This document shows, piece by piece, positions 45,713 to 45,931 of a stretch of 45,931 bases of DNA; position 1 is the stretch's first letter; each line of letters begins with the position of its first letter. The notes under the pieces were generated by a model that saw only the letters and a program-made list of their open reading frames with translations, was not told where the DNA came from and did no database searches. The position numbers and the translations under genes were made by a program. The DNA is from Terrimicrobiaceae bacterium (GTDB taxonomy: Bacteria > Verrucomicrobiota > Verrucomicrobiia > Chthoniobacterales > Terrimicrobiaceae). The DNA lies in NCBI GenBank assembly GCA_041752695.1, contig JBGSVZ010000023.1, positions 1 through 45,931 on the forward strand. Direction: 5' to 3'.

Positions 45713-45931
45713 CCCGGCTGGTCCTTTTCGAGTTGCACCATCTCGGCGACGCCGTGATGGCGCTGCCGTTTTTGCGGGCGGCAAGTCGCCACCATCGCAC
45801 GACCGTGGTCTGCCATGCGCCGGTCGCGGATTTTCTCCGCCACGCCACCCGGAACGTAGAAATCCTCCCCGCGGCGGGTTCCTGGCCCGCCCTGGCTGCC
45901 CAGGCGCGCGCCTTGCGGCTGGAGAAACCGG
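45709..45931 (+). CDS. GT9-like glycosyltransferase, 5' part (runs off window)
   Basis: ATGA overlap; translates MTRLVLFELHHLGDAVMALPFLRA... (HLGD motif). Confidence 0.7.
   Translation, partial: MTRLVLFELHHLGDAVMALPFLRAASRHHRTTVVCHAPVADFLRHATRNVEILPAAGSWPALAAQARALRLEKP

Noticed and set aside
1..45931. Transposase, integrase, reverse transcriptase (DGR/retron/intron), rRNA or tRNA
   Set aside because: No DDE, HUH, tyrosine/serine recombinase or RT motifs in the ORF track, and no recognisable RNA genes; any mobiliser must act in trans

Overview
A 46-kb segment of a large cell-surface polysaccharide (EPS/capsule/O-antigen) locus. The gene style and repeat families suggest a PVC-group host, probably Verrucomicrobiota (inference only). 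It encodes a Wzy/WaaL-like polymerase, a Wzx flippase and about 17 glycosyltransferases (GT4, GT2, GT9-like, GT47-like, GT-C, and a WecG/TagA-GT4 fusion). It also has six SAM methyltransferases (including TylF and FkbM types), a sulfotransferase, two O-acylation systems (LbH; MBOAT+SGNH), an AKR/GMC redox pair, an NRS/ER-like NDP-rhamnose enzyme and a NarL-type two-component pair. Six intact type II toxin-antitoxin (TA) pairs and one collapsed TA relic lie between these genes. The main unexplained structure is a nested repeat architecture. Phased 7-, 8- and 9-mer arrays form hairpin arms. A modular ~83-bp-unit REP-like element (ends ...AACAC / GGCAA(C)...) repeatedly sits inside those arrays. 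These composites bracket the TA modules like cassette boundaries, and twice they lie in-frame inside a glycosyltransferase. No integrase or transposase, rRNA, tRNA or CRISPR array is visible. All protein calls are from motif recognition by eye, not database searches.
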